Origin: a virus
Taxonomy: Duplodnaviria; Caudoviricetes
Length of the DNA stretch: 36,563 nucleotides
IMG/VR virus record: IMGVR_UViG_3300037780_000043
Coordinates: 1-36,563 of that record
Strand: one strand, 5' to 3'
Positions 25,265-34,288 of this stretch are shown piece after piece; within the stretch, counting starts at the first letter, position 1, and the number at the start of each line of letters is the position of its first letter. The notes under the pieces are model-generated. The model searched no databases, had not been told where the DNA came from, and worked only from the letters and a program-made list of their open reading frames with translations. The translations under genes were made by a program, and so were the position numbers.

Positions 25265-25579
25265 TTAAAGGGAAGCTTCAGTGCTTTCCTTTTTTTTATG
25301 TAGGAGTTTATAAATCAATACTGCAAAACCGAAAACAGAAGAACCTAAAGTCCACCAGTTCGCTAAAACTTCCTCCCAAGATAAGCCAGTAATGCCAATG
25401 TGAGCAAGGTTTGCTACTAACGAGAATATTCCAGCGTATAACCCTGCAACAACTCGTGGGTCTACATCTCGTCCAGTATTCCTTATGTAATTCTTTGTCC
25501 ATTGCACTAAAGAACCTACTACCGCAACTCCGAAGGTTAATAAATCCCAATTGTTCGCTAACTCTTTTAAACTATCCAT
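25265..25579 (-). CDS. Putative holin
   Basis: Three hydrophobic segments, charged C-tail, in the lysis cassette. Confidence 0.7.
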   Translation of the reverse strand: MDSLKELANNWDLLTFGVAVVGSLVQWTKNYIRNTGRDVDPRVVAGLYAGIFSLVANLAHIGITGLSWEEVLANWWTLGSSVFGFAVLIYKLLHKKKESTEASL

Positions 25580-25581
25580 TT

Positions 25582-25797
25582 TTATTTGTTTAATTGTCTT
25601 TGTTTGAATTTTGCAAACTGAAACGTAACCGCTATTGCCACTCTATCCATAAGTTTTTGCCTTCCTAGATTTTTATATTTTTCCTGGTCTTTAAGTTTTC
25701 GATACATCCATTTCATCTCGTGCTTTATGTTTTGCAATTCCTCTGACTCGACATCATGACAGGGGAAGCCTGCGTTCCTTAATGCTTGTTCAATCAT
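25582..25797 (-). CDS. Hypothetical protein in the lysis cassette
   Basis: 71 aa; ATGA-coupled to the endolysin gene. Confidence 0.6.
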   Translation of the reverse strand: MIEQALRNAGFPCHDVESEELQNIKHEMKWMYRKLKDQEKYKNLGRQKLMDRVAIAVTFQFAKFKQRQLNK

Positions 25798-26495
25798 GAT
25801 TGTAGAAAGTTAATTGTATTGTCGATTAAAACGTGGGCTTCCTCTCTGGTCATTGGCTCGTGGGGTCTTTCGGCACTCATGATCTCACGCTCAACATTTC
25901 TTTCAATTGCATCCAAAGCCCACTCTGACGGTGTATCTTTTGTTTTCTCCCATTCCTTCGCTTGTGCTACCAATGCCTCAGGGTTTACCGTGTGACTCAT
26001 GACTTTTTGTTTAGTCCAACCTTTGACGTATCCAGTAAATGGAACTTTTACAAACCATGCTGATTCGTGTAAATGCGGACTCCAAGTCTGTTTGTCTTCG
26101 CTACCGTGTCCAGTGCCTCCAACGTGTCCAATAATAGTTTCGTGGTTCACTACATCACCTACCTCAACCATTCTATCCTTAAGGTGTCCGTATCGACTCC
26201 ATAGCTTAATAATGTTGTTCTTAACTGGTATTCTCTTAAGCTGTGGGTTCATTCTAAAGTCTTGAACTTGTAGGTCTGTTAGCTTCAAATGGTGCTCAAT
26301 CCATATCATATTCCCCCAACCATTGCTGACGAAATCTGAGAACACGACCCTCCCTTCTGCTATAGGTTTAACCTCAAAGCCAAAGTCATCAAAACCACTA
26401 CCATAATTCTTATCTACACCTGGATGGAACAGCTCACCTGTCCACTGTGCATACTTCCAACCGTACTTATTCCACTTCATGGTTTCTTGGAACAT
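25794..26495 (-). CDS. M23-family peptidase endolysin with an SLH-like C-terminus
   Basis: HPGVD (HxxxD), YGHL, PHLH (HxH); tail SEWALDAIE..RPHEPMTREE. Confidence 0.85.
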   Translation of the reverse strand: MFQETMKWNKYGWKYAQWTGELFHPGVDKNYGSGFDDFGFEVKPIAEGRVVFSDFVSNGWGNMIWIEHHLKLTDLQVQDFRMNPQLKRIPVKNNIIKLWSRYGHLKDRMVEVGDVVNHETIIGHVGGTGHGSEDKQTWSPHLHESAWFVKVPFTGYVKGWTKQKVMSHTVNPEALVAQAKEWEKTKDTPSEWALDAIERNVEREIMSAERPHEPMTREEAHVLIDNTINFLQS

Positions 26496-26923
26496 TATTT
26501 TAGCTTTTTAATTAATTCGTCTTTTGTGTCTTTAGAAAGGTAGTCTATTCCTTTCTCGTCTAGTTTCTCTTTAAGCTCTTTGACTGTTAGCTTCTCAAGA
26601 TCTTTTTTGAACGGACTGTCTGTATCTGGATGCTTTATTTCTTCTTTCTTTTCTGAATCCAAAGGATAAGCCTTACCGTAAGGAGTTGACACTGGATTCC
26701 CAATCTTATCTACCTCCTGGATAATGTGATGCATTGAAGGTCTGTATTCATGTAAAGGCACAGGTTCTTCAATAACATTACCTGTGTTTAAATTAATCAT
26801 TTTACCATATCTACCAACTAGATTCTTTGGTGGATTAGGTTTCACTCCTCTGTGATTGTGAAAGCGTAAAACTCTTCCAATGAATTGCTCTAGAGGTGTT
26901 GAAGGTGCGTCTTTGATTCCCAT
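26495..26923 (-). CDS. Protein with a C-terminal HeH/LEM (Rho-N-like) motif
   Basis: LEKLTVKELKEKLDEKGIDYLSKDTKDELIKKL. Confidence 0.75.
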   Translation of the reverse strand: MGIKDAPSTPLEQFIGRVLRFHNHRGVKPNPPKNLVGRYGKMINLNTGNVIEEPVPLHEYRPSMHHIIQEVDKIGNPVSTPYGKAYPLDSEKKEEIKHPDTDSPFKKDLEKLTVKELKEKLDEKGIDYLSKDTKDELIKKLK

Positions 26924-26943
26924 ATGTTTAAGTTAACTTTTAT

Positions 26944-26965
26944 CAATTCCTTACCTTACAACATT
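26944..26965 (-). promoter_or_regulatory. Putative late promoter motif, copy before the lysis cassette
   Basis: AATGTTGTAAGGTAAGGAATTG on the minus strand, about 30 bp upstream of ATG 26923. Confidence 0.7.
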
Positions 26966-27078
26966 TATTGAGGATTGTCCAAACCTTCAAGACTCAAGTG
27001 TTTAATTCTTTACAAAACAACACCCTTCTTTACTTTTTGGAGAGGGTGTGGTTTATTGGGGGTAATCTAAATAAATCA

Positions 27079-27231
27079 ATGGCTTACAAGGATTTAAATG
27101 CGTGGGATAAGATAGTGCTCTTATTTGTACTTTTCATTTTAGTGCTGTCAGTGGTTCTACTATTCCCAACTATAGGAATAATTGCTATTCCTTTTGTTTT
27201 GTTTATTGCTTACCTCGGGCTGTTTGGTTAG
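27079..27231 (+). CDS. 50-aa hydrophobic membrane protein on the opposite strand (moron-like)
   Basis: MAYKDLNAWDKIVLLFVLFILVLSVVLLFPTIGIIAIPFVLFIAYLGLFG; A-rich leader like the other genes. Confidence 0.6.
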   Translation: MAYKDLNAWDKIVLLFVLFILVLSVVLLFPTIGIIAIPFVLFIAYLGLFG

Positions 27232-29783
27232 ATGGATGAATTAAACGCTTGTCCTTGCTTGAAGTATTGCTCAAGCCTTTTTCTATCTACCAGAGCTTCA
27301 GGCTTAAGAACCCTCACTTCGTTTTCCCCACCAATATTACTCCCATCAATAATTACATCGTATTGTTCAGCAATTCTTGCTGTTTCTGCTTCGGTTAGAT
27401 CATCTAATGTTTTTTCTTTTAACTCAATCGTTCTTGCACCAGGTTCAATATATAATTCAACAATATCACCTTTACCATCTACTGAGGTAGAAAAATCTTT
27501 AGCCATTTGGTAATCAGTTGTTGTACTTAGCCCATATCTATTTCCTCCAGTGGCCGCTTCTCTCTCTGCATCAGGTTTCCATTTCTTCCCATCCCTTAAT
27601 ACTTTTGCAAATTTTGCATCTGCACCATGAAATACTGTATGAGCCTCCAAGTATGAATCAAAATTATTATAGCCATTTGTATTTGGCAAGTAAGAGTTCC
27701 TTTCTTCTATTTCAGAAGACAACCTATCCAACACTGTTTTTGGGTCTTCAGGCTTCTTATTAGAAACCTTTACCTCTTTTGACTTTGCAAGTTGCTTTGA
27801 TTCCTCTTTGAGCTTCATAGATACCCTGCTCAACTCATCTCTCTTTTTGCTTATATCTCTGGCTTCTTGTGACATGAGACCATGCTCTTCAACCGCTTTT
27901 CGCCATTGCTCACTTAGCTCTTCATCTTTGGCTATAATCTCTTCTCTAGTCATTTTTGTATTATTATCCGTGGTTATTTTTTGTTGGTTGGCACTATCCC
28001 CAACAACTTTCGCCTGCCTTTCGTCTAGATCAGTTAAATCAGAATTAATTTCTTTTTTCGGTTCTGGTGTAATTATAGCACTATTACCCTCTGGCAACAA
28101 TTTTTGAGTATTACCCCTACCTTCAGTTTGTCTAATTAAATCAGACCAACCGCTTTCGTCTAGCCATTGTTTATACTCTTGAATTTGCTTTTGTTTGTTT
28201 TTTACACCAATTATTCTCTCTGGGACAATGTCTAGCTCTTTTAGGCTTGTCATATCCTTACTACTTAATGCTTGAGCTAGCTTCTTCTTAATTATATCAC
28301 TTGATAGAAATTTCTTACCTAATAAAGCCGTGGCAGCACCTGGCTCTATCGCACCACCAATAAGCGACATATTATCTGTCAGACTTAAGTTGTTGTTAGC
28401 TGCCTGCCTAACCTGCTTATCCGCTATGCTATCCATTGCTGATTTAGATAATTGGATCTCCTTGCTTAATTCATCAATGTTATTGAACCCTCCTACTTTC
28501 GCTATTTCATTTCTGTCTGCTCTTAAGGCATTATCAAGATTAGTGTTTCTTTCTATTTTCACACCATTATTATCTCTTAAATAACCCAACCTAACTCCAC
28601 TTTCAAAGTCTCTTTTAATATTGTTTATCTCGGTTAGTGTTAACCCCTCTTTTTCAAACTTATCTAGCCTTTTTTGGGTTAAGTTTAAGTTTTTACGATC
28701 TGCTGTGGCCTTGTAAAAGTCAAGCATATCCTCTAGAACAACCCTTGCAGATTGTGGCTTATACACACCTTGAACTTGTGCAATTCCAGTATCTAATCGG
28801 TTTTTAGCCTCGGTGAAACGACCTGCTAATTGCTCTATTGTTTCAGTAGGATTTCCTATAATATCTCTTTTCAAGAGGTAGTCTCCCACTGTGTCACCTC
28901 CACTCATCTGTATAAATTCCCTCTGTTTAGTTGGAATAACCTTGTTCATACTGTTTAATACTTGAGCTGACACTCCCTGCCTACTATTGGTTATCTTGCT
29001 ACCAACTGCATCTAGATTTCGTGCAGTTATATCTAACCCCTCTTTAATAACTGGCTTCAATACATCATCTGCTTGTTTTACAATTGTTTTAGCTCCAGAC
29101 ACCCCAGTTTTACCTGCTCCAGCCGTACCAAATGTCAGTAAACCATCTCCAACAACTCCTAGGTGCCTTAGTAATAATTTCGTATCTTCATCTTGGTTAT
29201 TATACCAGTCGTTTATCTCTTGCATTTTTCCACCTATACGCTGTTTATTTTCGTCCGATAAACCGTTGAATGTTCCTTGAAAAGTTGGAGAAACAATATC
29301 TTCAAGAGCTCCTCCTCCTGCTCCGCTTAATGTTGTGACGATTGTTTCACCTACTCCAAGTAAATTAGCTCCAAGCCTCTTGGCATCGTCTCCAATACCA
29401 GGCTTCTCTTCGATAGAGTCTACCGTATCTTTTCTAAGTTGATTACCTTTTTGGAAACCTTCTTTTGCTCCTTCCACACTCTTATCATATAAATCATCTT
29501 TAAATCTATTTTCCGTACCATACCCAACATTCGCATTACCAAAAGTTATAAGATTGGCTCCTGTTCCCGCTAAATTAAGGGCTGTCTTTCCTCCATCCAC
29601 TACAAGATTTTTAGTTGAATCCCATAGACCAGCTCCTAAATTTTGAGGTTGTTTTTGTTTCTCAAGGTTTGCTGCTTGTTGTTGCTTAGTTTTTACGCCT
29701 AACAAAATCTCTTTAGCCTCCTCTTTAGTTTTACCCTTAGCTTTTAACTTCCTTAGAAATGCTCTATCCTGATCTGTTAACAT
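27228..29783 (-). CDS. Internal virion/ejection protein with a C-terminal ADP-ribosyltransferase-like domain
   Basis: 851 aa, Gly/Ala-rich helical body; C-terminal VFHG..YGLSTTTDYQMAKDF..ENEVRVLKP. Confidence 0.65.
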   Translation of the reverse strand: MLTDQDRAFLRKLKAKGKTKEEAKEILLGVKTKQQQAANLEKQKQPQNLGAGLWDSTKNLVVDGGKTALNLAGTGANLITFGNANVGYGTENRFKDDLYDKSVEGAKEGFQKGNQLRKDTVDSIEEKPGIGDDAKRLGANLLGVGETIVTTLSGAGGGALEDIVSPTFQGTFNGLSDENKQRIGGKMQEINDWYNNQDEDTKLLLRHLGVVGDGLLTFGTAGAGKTGVSGAKTIVKQADDVLKPVIKEGLDITARNLDAVGSKITNSRQGVSAQVLNSMNKVIPTKQREFIQMSGGDTVGDYLLKRDIIGNPTETIEQLAGRFTEAKNRLDTGIAQVQGVYKPQSARVVLEDMLDFYKATADRKNLNLTQKRLDKFEKEGLTLTEINNIKRDFESGVRLGYLRDNNGVKIERNTNLDNALRADRNEIAKVGGFNNIDELSKEIQLSKSAMDSIADKQVRQAANNNLSLTDNMSLIGGAIEPGAATALLGKKFLSSDIIKKKLAQALSSKDMTSLKELDIVPERIIGVKNKQKQIQEYKQWLDESGWSDLIRQTEGRGNTQKLLPEGNSAIITPEPKKEINSDLTDLDERQAKVVGDSANQQKITTDNNTKMTREEIIAKDEELSEQWRKAVEEHGLMSQEARDISKKRDELSRVSMKLKEESKQLAKSKEVKVSNKKPEDPKTVLDRLSSEIEERNSYLPNTNGYNNFDSYLEAHTVFHGADAKFAKVLRDGKKWKPDAEREAATGGNRYGLSTTTDYQMAKDFSTSVDGKGDIVELYIEPGARTIELKEKTLDDLTEAETARIAEQYDVIIDGSNIGGENEVRVLKPEALVDRKRLEQYFKQGQAFNSSI

Positions 29784-29793
29784 AATTTAATTA

Positions 29794-32559
29794 TTAAAAA
29801 GTATCCCATTCATCATCTATACTATTTGACATTTCAGATTGATAACTAGATTGCAATTCATCATCTAATGCAGTTTCGTATAAAGTGCTCCAATCTTCTT
29901 CTGGTTCAACTTCATTAACTCCAAAAACGTCATTATAAACAGAATCCCCAAGTTTGAACCTTAGCGTGCTGTTAACGTCAATTTCTACTGCCTCTGCAAA
30001 GGATTCAATCTTAGCAATAGCCAGCTCTTTACCATCGTAAATATCTGGCAGTATATCCTTAAATTTATCGTTTTCAAAATCTTGAATTGCAGCCCCTGTT
30101 TGTGCTCTACCAAAGTCCTCTAGATTCAACCTAATTAACTGAGCTATCTTCTGTTGTTCTGGATCAGCCATTTTCCCAATTTTATTTTTCATCTCAATCA
30201 ACGACCCCTCAAAGATACCCATATCACCTTGATATTGCTCTAATAATTTTTTTAGCTCAGCATCTTTTCCTACGATGTTGCTTCTAAGCCACAACTTGTT
30301 TGATTGGTCAGCTGTTAAACTATTAAATACGGTAGTTTTCACATAATCTTGTAGTCTTTTTGGGTCACCAGATTCTGCCAACCTTTGTATTTCTGATGCT
30401 ACTGTGCCTTTTTCGTCCTTAGAAACTAGTTGAGTTAGTGCTGGAGTTGCAGATTGAACCATGTTATTCATTTTAGCTACGCCTCCGCCAACCGTCTGTA
30501 CTTTACCAGCTGGTGGTTTTGTGAATCCGTCTACATCGGCAATAGATCTTCTTTTATTTACTACATTCGCCTTTACTTTATCTCCTGGGAAATTAGCCTC
30601 TACGGTATCAAATGTTCCGTCTGGATAAACCTTGCTAACTATTCCTACATGACCATATTTAGCTGCATCACCAGAAGCTCCCATTACAAATGCCATCCCA
30701 GGTCTAACAGTTTGAATAATATTAAATTCATCAACTGAGTCAGCTGGTATATCAATCATTGCCTTTTTGTCTGAGTATAAGTCTGGGAAACCTCCACCTG
30801 CTCCACTTGGCAAACCCCAAGTCCTGTTAACAAACTCGCCACACTCCCAATGCCTATCTTGCATATTTGTAAGATCGAAAACTAACTCCCCGTTTTGATA
30901 AGTTGCACTTATACCTTCTAAGCTCTCAGTGGGCTCATACCCCATAAGTTCACCATTTAAGGCCATTTGCTCTAATTGGAAATCGGCCATTGCTATTCTG
31001 TCTTGGAAGGTAATTGGCTCTCCGTTGAGCTTTTTCCTTTCCATCTCAACACTTAACTGCTCCTGTTCAAGTTCCAACCTTGCAAATGGATTGTACCTTG
31101 GGTCATTAATATCAAGTGCTGTCATTTGAGTTTCCAGGAATTCTTTTGATATCGCACCTGCTTGGTATCTATCTATAAGCATTTTTGCTGATTGCTGTTT
31201 TTCAGTCATAAATCCATTAGCTCTCATCTGAGAGTCTAGGATTATATTTTGAGTTTCAGCTATTTTTTGTTCTTCAGATAAACCTTTATCATTTCTCACT
31301 CTTTGCAAGCTTGAGTATGTACTTAGCATTAGATCGCTTGGCAATCCGAGGCTATTTGAGAGTCCCATAAGCTGATCTGTAGAAAACTCCTGCCCTGAAG
31401 CCATCATGCTGTAAGCTGTATCAAATTGAGCTCGGAAATTTTGGTCAACTTTTAATTGCTGATCTATCTGCCTTCCAAGTGCGTCAATATACTCCATTTT
31501 ATTCTCCTGTAATGCGTCTTTTGCTCTGGAGATCTCCATTGCTAGGCTCTCTGCAATGCCTGTCTGGCCTTCTTTTTTAGCAAGCTCTAATTGCTCTTTC
31601 TTAAGTGCTATTTCAGTCATTAATTGAGCTGATTGCTTCACTCTTAAGTTAAGCTGTTTGTTAATATGCTCTTCAAACTCACGCTTTACCATGTTAAGAG
31701 ATCCAGCCTGAACACCTTCTCGAGACTGTGAGAAAGAAGCTCTGTTTGCACCAATCGCACCTTCAACCTGCTGTGTCATCTGCTCAAGTGCTAAAAGCTC
31801 CTCTTCTTCTAATAAGTCCAACCTTGCAAGCTCTACGCCTGTTGATTTTTCAAGCATCTCAAGCTTATCTCGGTAGATCTGATCCTTGGAATTGTACATG
31901 CCATCACTATCTACACCTAAATAGTTTAGAGCCTGCTTTCCTTCAGCTAAGCCTTGATTTCTAAGTGCGTTTACTTGTGTAATTTCGCTATCTGGATCTG
32001 TTCTATCACCTGATAAAATAGGTGTTCCGTCTGATCTGTATCCAGTTACACCACCACTTGATCCACCGCTTGAACCACTAGATGAGATTGAAGAAGAACT
32101 TCCTTCAAATCTAGAGCTTCCTTCAGTATTGCTATACCTACCGTCAGCATATCGAACAAAATCCCCCTGTTTATCAAAAATAGGACGTGGGTCACCTGCG
32201 TTAGGTGTATTTGCATACCCAATAAGCTTTCCGTTTTTATCATATCTAGCAAATCTCCCTGTCGTAAATGCTTTTTGGTCGTTTGATCGTGTATCAATAA
32301 TTTCTCCTGTAGTTGGGTCTTGTTGTAGTACTTGACCACTAGGTAGCATTACCTGCCCCTGCCCTTGTGGTATTTGGTTTATATCTTGACCGTTCACAGT
32401 ATTTGACACTCTTTGTTCGAGCTTACTTTGCGTTGGGATATCGCCTATTTCTTGGGTATAATCAACTTTAGGCTGTTCTTGTTGGTTATTTGCCTTCTTA
32501 AGCTTATCAACGTCGTTCTGCTCTTTCTTTTTGTATGGTGCGAATGGGTTTTTTATCAT
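29794..32559 (-). CDS. Internal virion/ejection protein with a CHAP domain
   Basis: 921 aa, coiled-coil; WECGEFVN, YGHVGIV and TVEANF (Cys-His-Glu). Confidence 0.75.
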   Translation of the reverse strand: MIKNPFAPYKKKEQNDVDKLKKANNQQEQPKVDYTQEIGDIPTQSKLEQRVSNTVNGQDINQIPQGQGQVMLPSGQVLQQDPTTGEIIDTRSNDQKAFTTGRFARYDKNGKLIGYANTPNAGDPRPIFDKQGDFVRYADGRYSNTEGSSRFEGSSSSISSSGSSGGSSGGVTGYRSDGTPILSGDRTDPDSEITQVNALRNQGLAEGKQALNYLGVDSDGMYNSKDQIYRDKLEMLEKSTGVELARLDLLEEEELLALEQMTQQVEGAIGANRASFSQSREGVQAGSLNMVKREFEEHINKQLNLRVKQSAQLMTEIALKKEQLELAKKEGQTGIAESLAMEISRAKDALQENKMEYIDALGRQIDQQLKVDQNFRAQFDTAYSMMASGQEFSTDQLMGLSNSLGLPSDLMLSTYSSLQRVRNDKGLSEEQKIAETQNIILDSQMRANGFMTEKQQSAKMLIDRYQAGAISKEFLETQMTALDINDPRYNPFARLELEQEQLSVEMERKKLNGEPITFQDRIAMADFQLEQMALNGELMGYEPTESLEGISATYQNGELVFDLTNMQDRHWECGEFVNRTWGLPSGAGGGFPDLYSDKKAMIDIPADSVDEFNIIQTVRPGMAFVMGASGDAAKYGHVGIVSKVYPDGTFDTVEANFPGDKVKANVVNKRRSIADVDGFTKPPAGKVQTVGGGVAKMNNMVQSATPALTQLVSKDEKGTVASEIQRLAESGDPKRLQDYVKTTVFNSLTADQSNKLWLRSNIVGKDAELKKLLEQYQGDMGIFEGSLIEMKNKIGKMADPEQQKIAQLIRLNLEDFGRAQTGAAIQDFENDKFKDILPDIYDGKELAIAKIESFAEAVEIDVNSTLRFKLGDSVYNDVFGVNEVEPEEDWSTLYETALDDELQSSYQSEMSNSIDDEWDTF

Positions 32560-32563
32560 AATT

Positions 32564-34288
32564 TTATATTAGCTCGAGTATAAATGAGTCGATATCAATG
32601 CTATCGCTCGCTCCTGTAGTTACAACCACAGTTAAGTCTAATGCTGTGGTTGTATCTTTGGTTGTAGAGTTTAATTCTCTCACGTACCTGGTGTTACCAC
32701 CTCCAGTAGCTGCATATATCAAAGATCCGCTAGTGTCTTGATTGCTCGTACTAACCGTATTATATAAATCAATCTGCATTTCGCCAAAATCGTTACTTGC
32801 TCCTGTAGAGATAGTAGGATTAAAAACACTAGTACCATCTAACTGAATATCAATATCCACCGATGTGTTAGCTACATAAGCAAATCTAAATTTTAATCTT
32901 ATTAGTCTATCTAGTAGCATATTCGCTGGTATAGTATATGTATATGCTGTAGCTGTAGCTGAAGCACCTTGACTATGTCCGCCAGTGTCTAAGTCTAATA
33001 AATAACTAGCTGCGGGTAAATTTCTTGTTTTCACATTCCCATTATTATCTACTGCCAAAACATCATCCTCAGTAACACTAGCTTCTCCTGTCACCCCTTT
33101 GGCACTCAAGCTACCCTGACTTGTTAGCAGTAAAACTTTTCCGCTGTCTGCTGTAGGGTCAAGTACTGGTGCTGTAACTGTGGCATTACCCGAATCTGCG
33201 TCCATCCAATCAGAACCACCTGCCCCCGAAATATCAGTACCTACAGTTCCTGTAGAAGTTGTCCAAACTGAAAACTCTGAATCTACTGTTGTATCTACTG
33301 AAGCATATTCAAAATGGTCTGTATCCCATGTAACTGTCTCTTCTCCTCCTGTGGCTTGCCTAACATAATACTGTATTACTGAAGCCACTTCATTCATGTC
33401 AGTTACAATACCTAGAGGCCCAGTTGCTGTGAAATCCATTCCATCAATGTTGTAAGCAGTTCCATCTATAGTTACTCTACCCGATCCATCAGATATTGAG
33501 TCCCACAAGGAAATATTGGTCTCTGCGTTGCTACCTCCTTCTAGTGATGCTGGTGTATAAGTTGCATGCTCTACTATTCCTTCTCTCTGCGAACTAGCTT
33601 GTATCGTTATCGTTTCATTTGCTCCTCCGTTGTTCACGGTAAGAGTAATGTTATCACCTGCTACCAATTTTGTTTCTAAATAAGAAGGCGTTGTGTCGTC
33701 GTTGGATACACTGACAAGGTTTCCGACCACCGCATCGTTGAATGAAGTCCACGCACCACCATAATCTCTAAACTCAACTTCGTTAGTTGACTCATTGATT
33801 CGTAAAAACCCTACTGTTTCACCATTTTTTGCCCATTTGAATGTAAAATCACTGTCTGTTTCGTCTCCTAATCTCATTTCTTGGCCATTTGAGGCAACTT
33901 GACCTAATATAAAGGCTTTCACAAGGTTAGCGTAAACTGCATTTACTGGACAAACTACCTTGTCACCACTTGAGAACTCTTTAGCTAGGCTTGAATCTCC
34001 TGTAGTGAAATCTAAACCATCATACCTTACACCTCTAACTAGATTTGATACTGTTTGGCCATCAGCACTTATGCCTCCTACTGGAACATATATGTTTTCT
34101 GTTTCATTCTCTGCGTTAATAGCCTTAATGATCATTGCTTTACCAGTTGGGACAGTCCCATCCTGTTCTGTAATAGCTTTATTTAGCGTTCCACTCGTAC
34201 TTGTCGTTGTCAAAGCACTAGTAAAAGAATAACCTTCAAGTTCTGTGATAAATAAGTCTGGTAGTTTAGTTGCAGGTGTGTATGCCAT
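32564..34288 (-). CDS. Tail/fibre structural protein
   Basis: 574 aa, Thr/Ser/Gly-rich; NLVRG and VSNDDTTPSYLETKLVAG motifs seen in fibre-type proteins. Confidence 0.65.
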   Translation of the reverse strand: MAYTPATKLPDLFITELEGYSFTSALTTTSTSGTLNKAITEQDGTVPTGKAMIIKAINAENETENIYVPVGGISADGQTVSNLVRGVRYDGLDFTTGDSSLAKEFSSGDKVVCPVNAVYANLVKAFILGQVASNGQEMRLGDETDSDFTFKWAKNGETVGFLRINESTNEVEFRDYGGAWTSFNDAVVGNLVSVSNDDTTPSYLETKLVAGDNITLTVNNGGANETITIQASSQREGIVEHATYTPASLEGGSNAETNISLWDSISDGSGRVTIDGTAYNIDGMDFTATGPLGIVTDMNEVASVIQYYVRQATGGEETVTWDTDHFEYASVDTTVDSEFSVWTTSTGTVGTDISGAGGSDWMDADSGNATVTAPVLDPTADSGKVLLLTSQGSLSAKGVTGEASVTEDDVLAVDNNGNVKTRNLPAASYLLDLDTGGHSQGASATATAYTYTIPANMLLDRLIRLKFRFAYVANTSVDIDIQLDGTSVFNPTISTGASNDFGEMQIDLYNTVSTSNQDTSGSLIYAATGGGNTRYVRELNSTTKDTTTALDLTVVVTTGASDSIDIDSFILELI

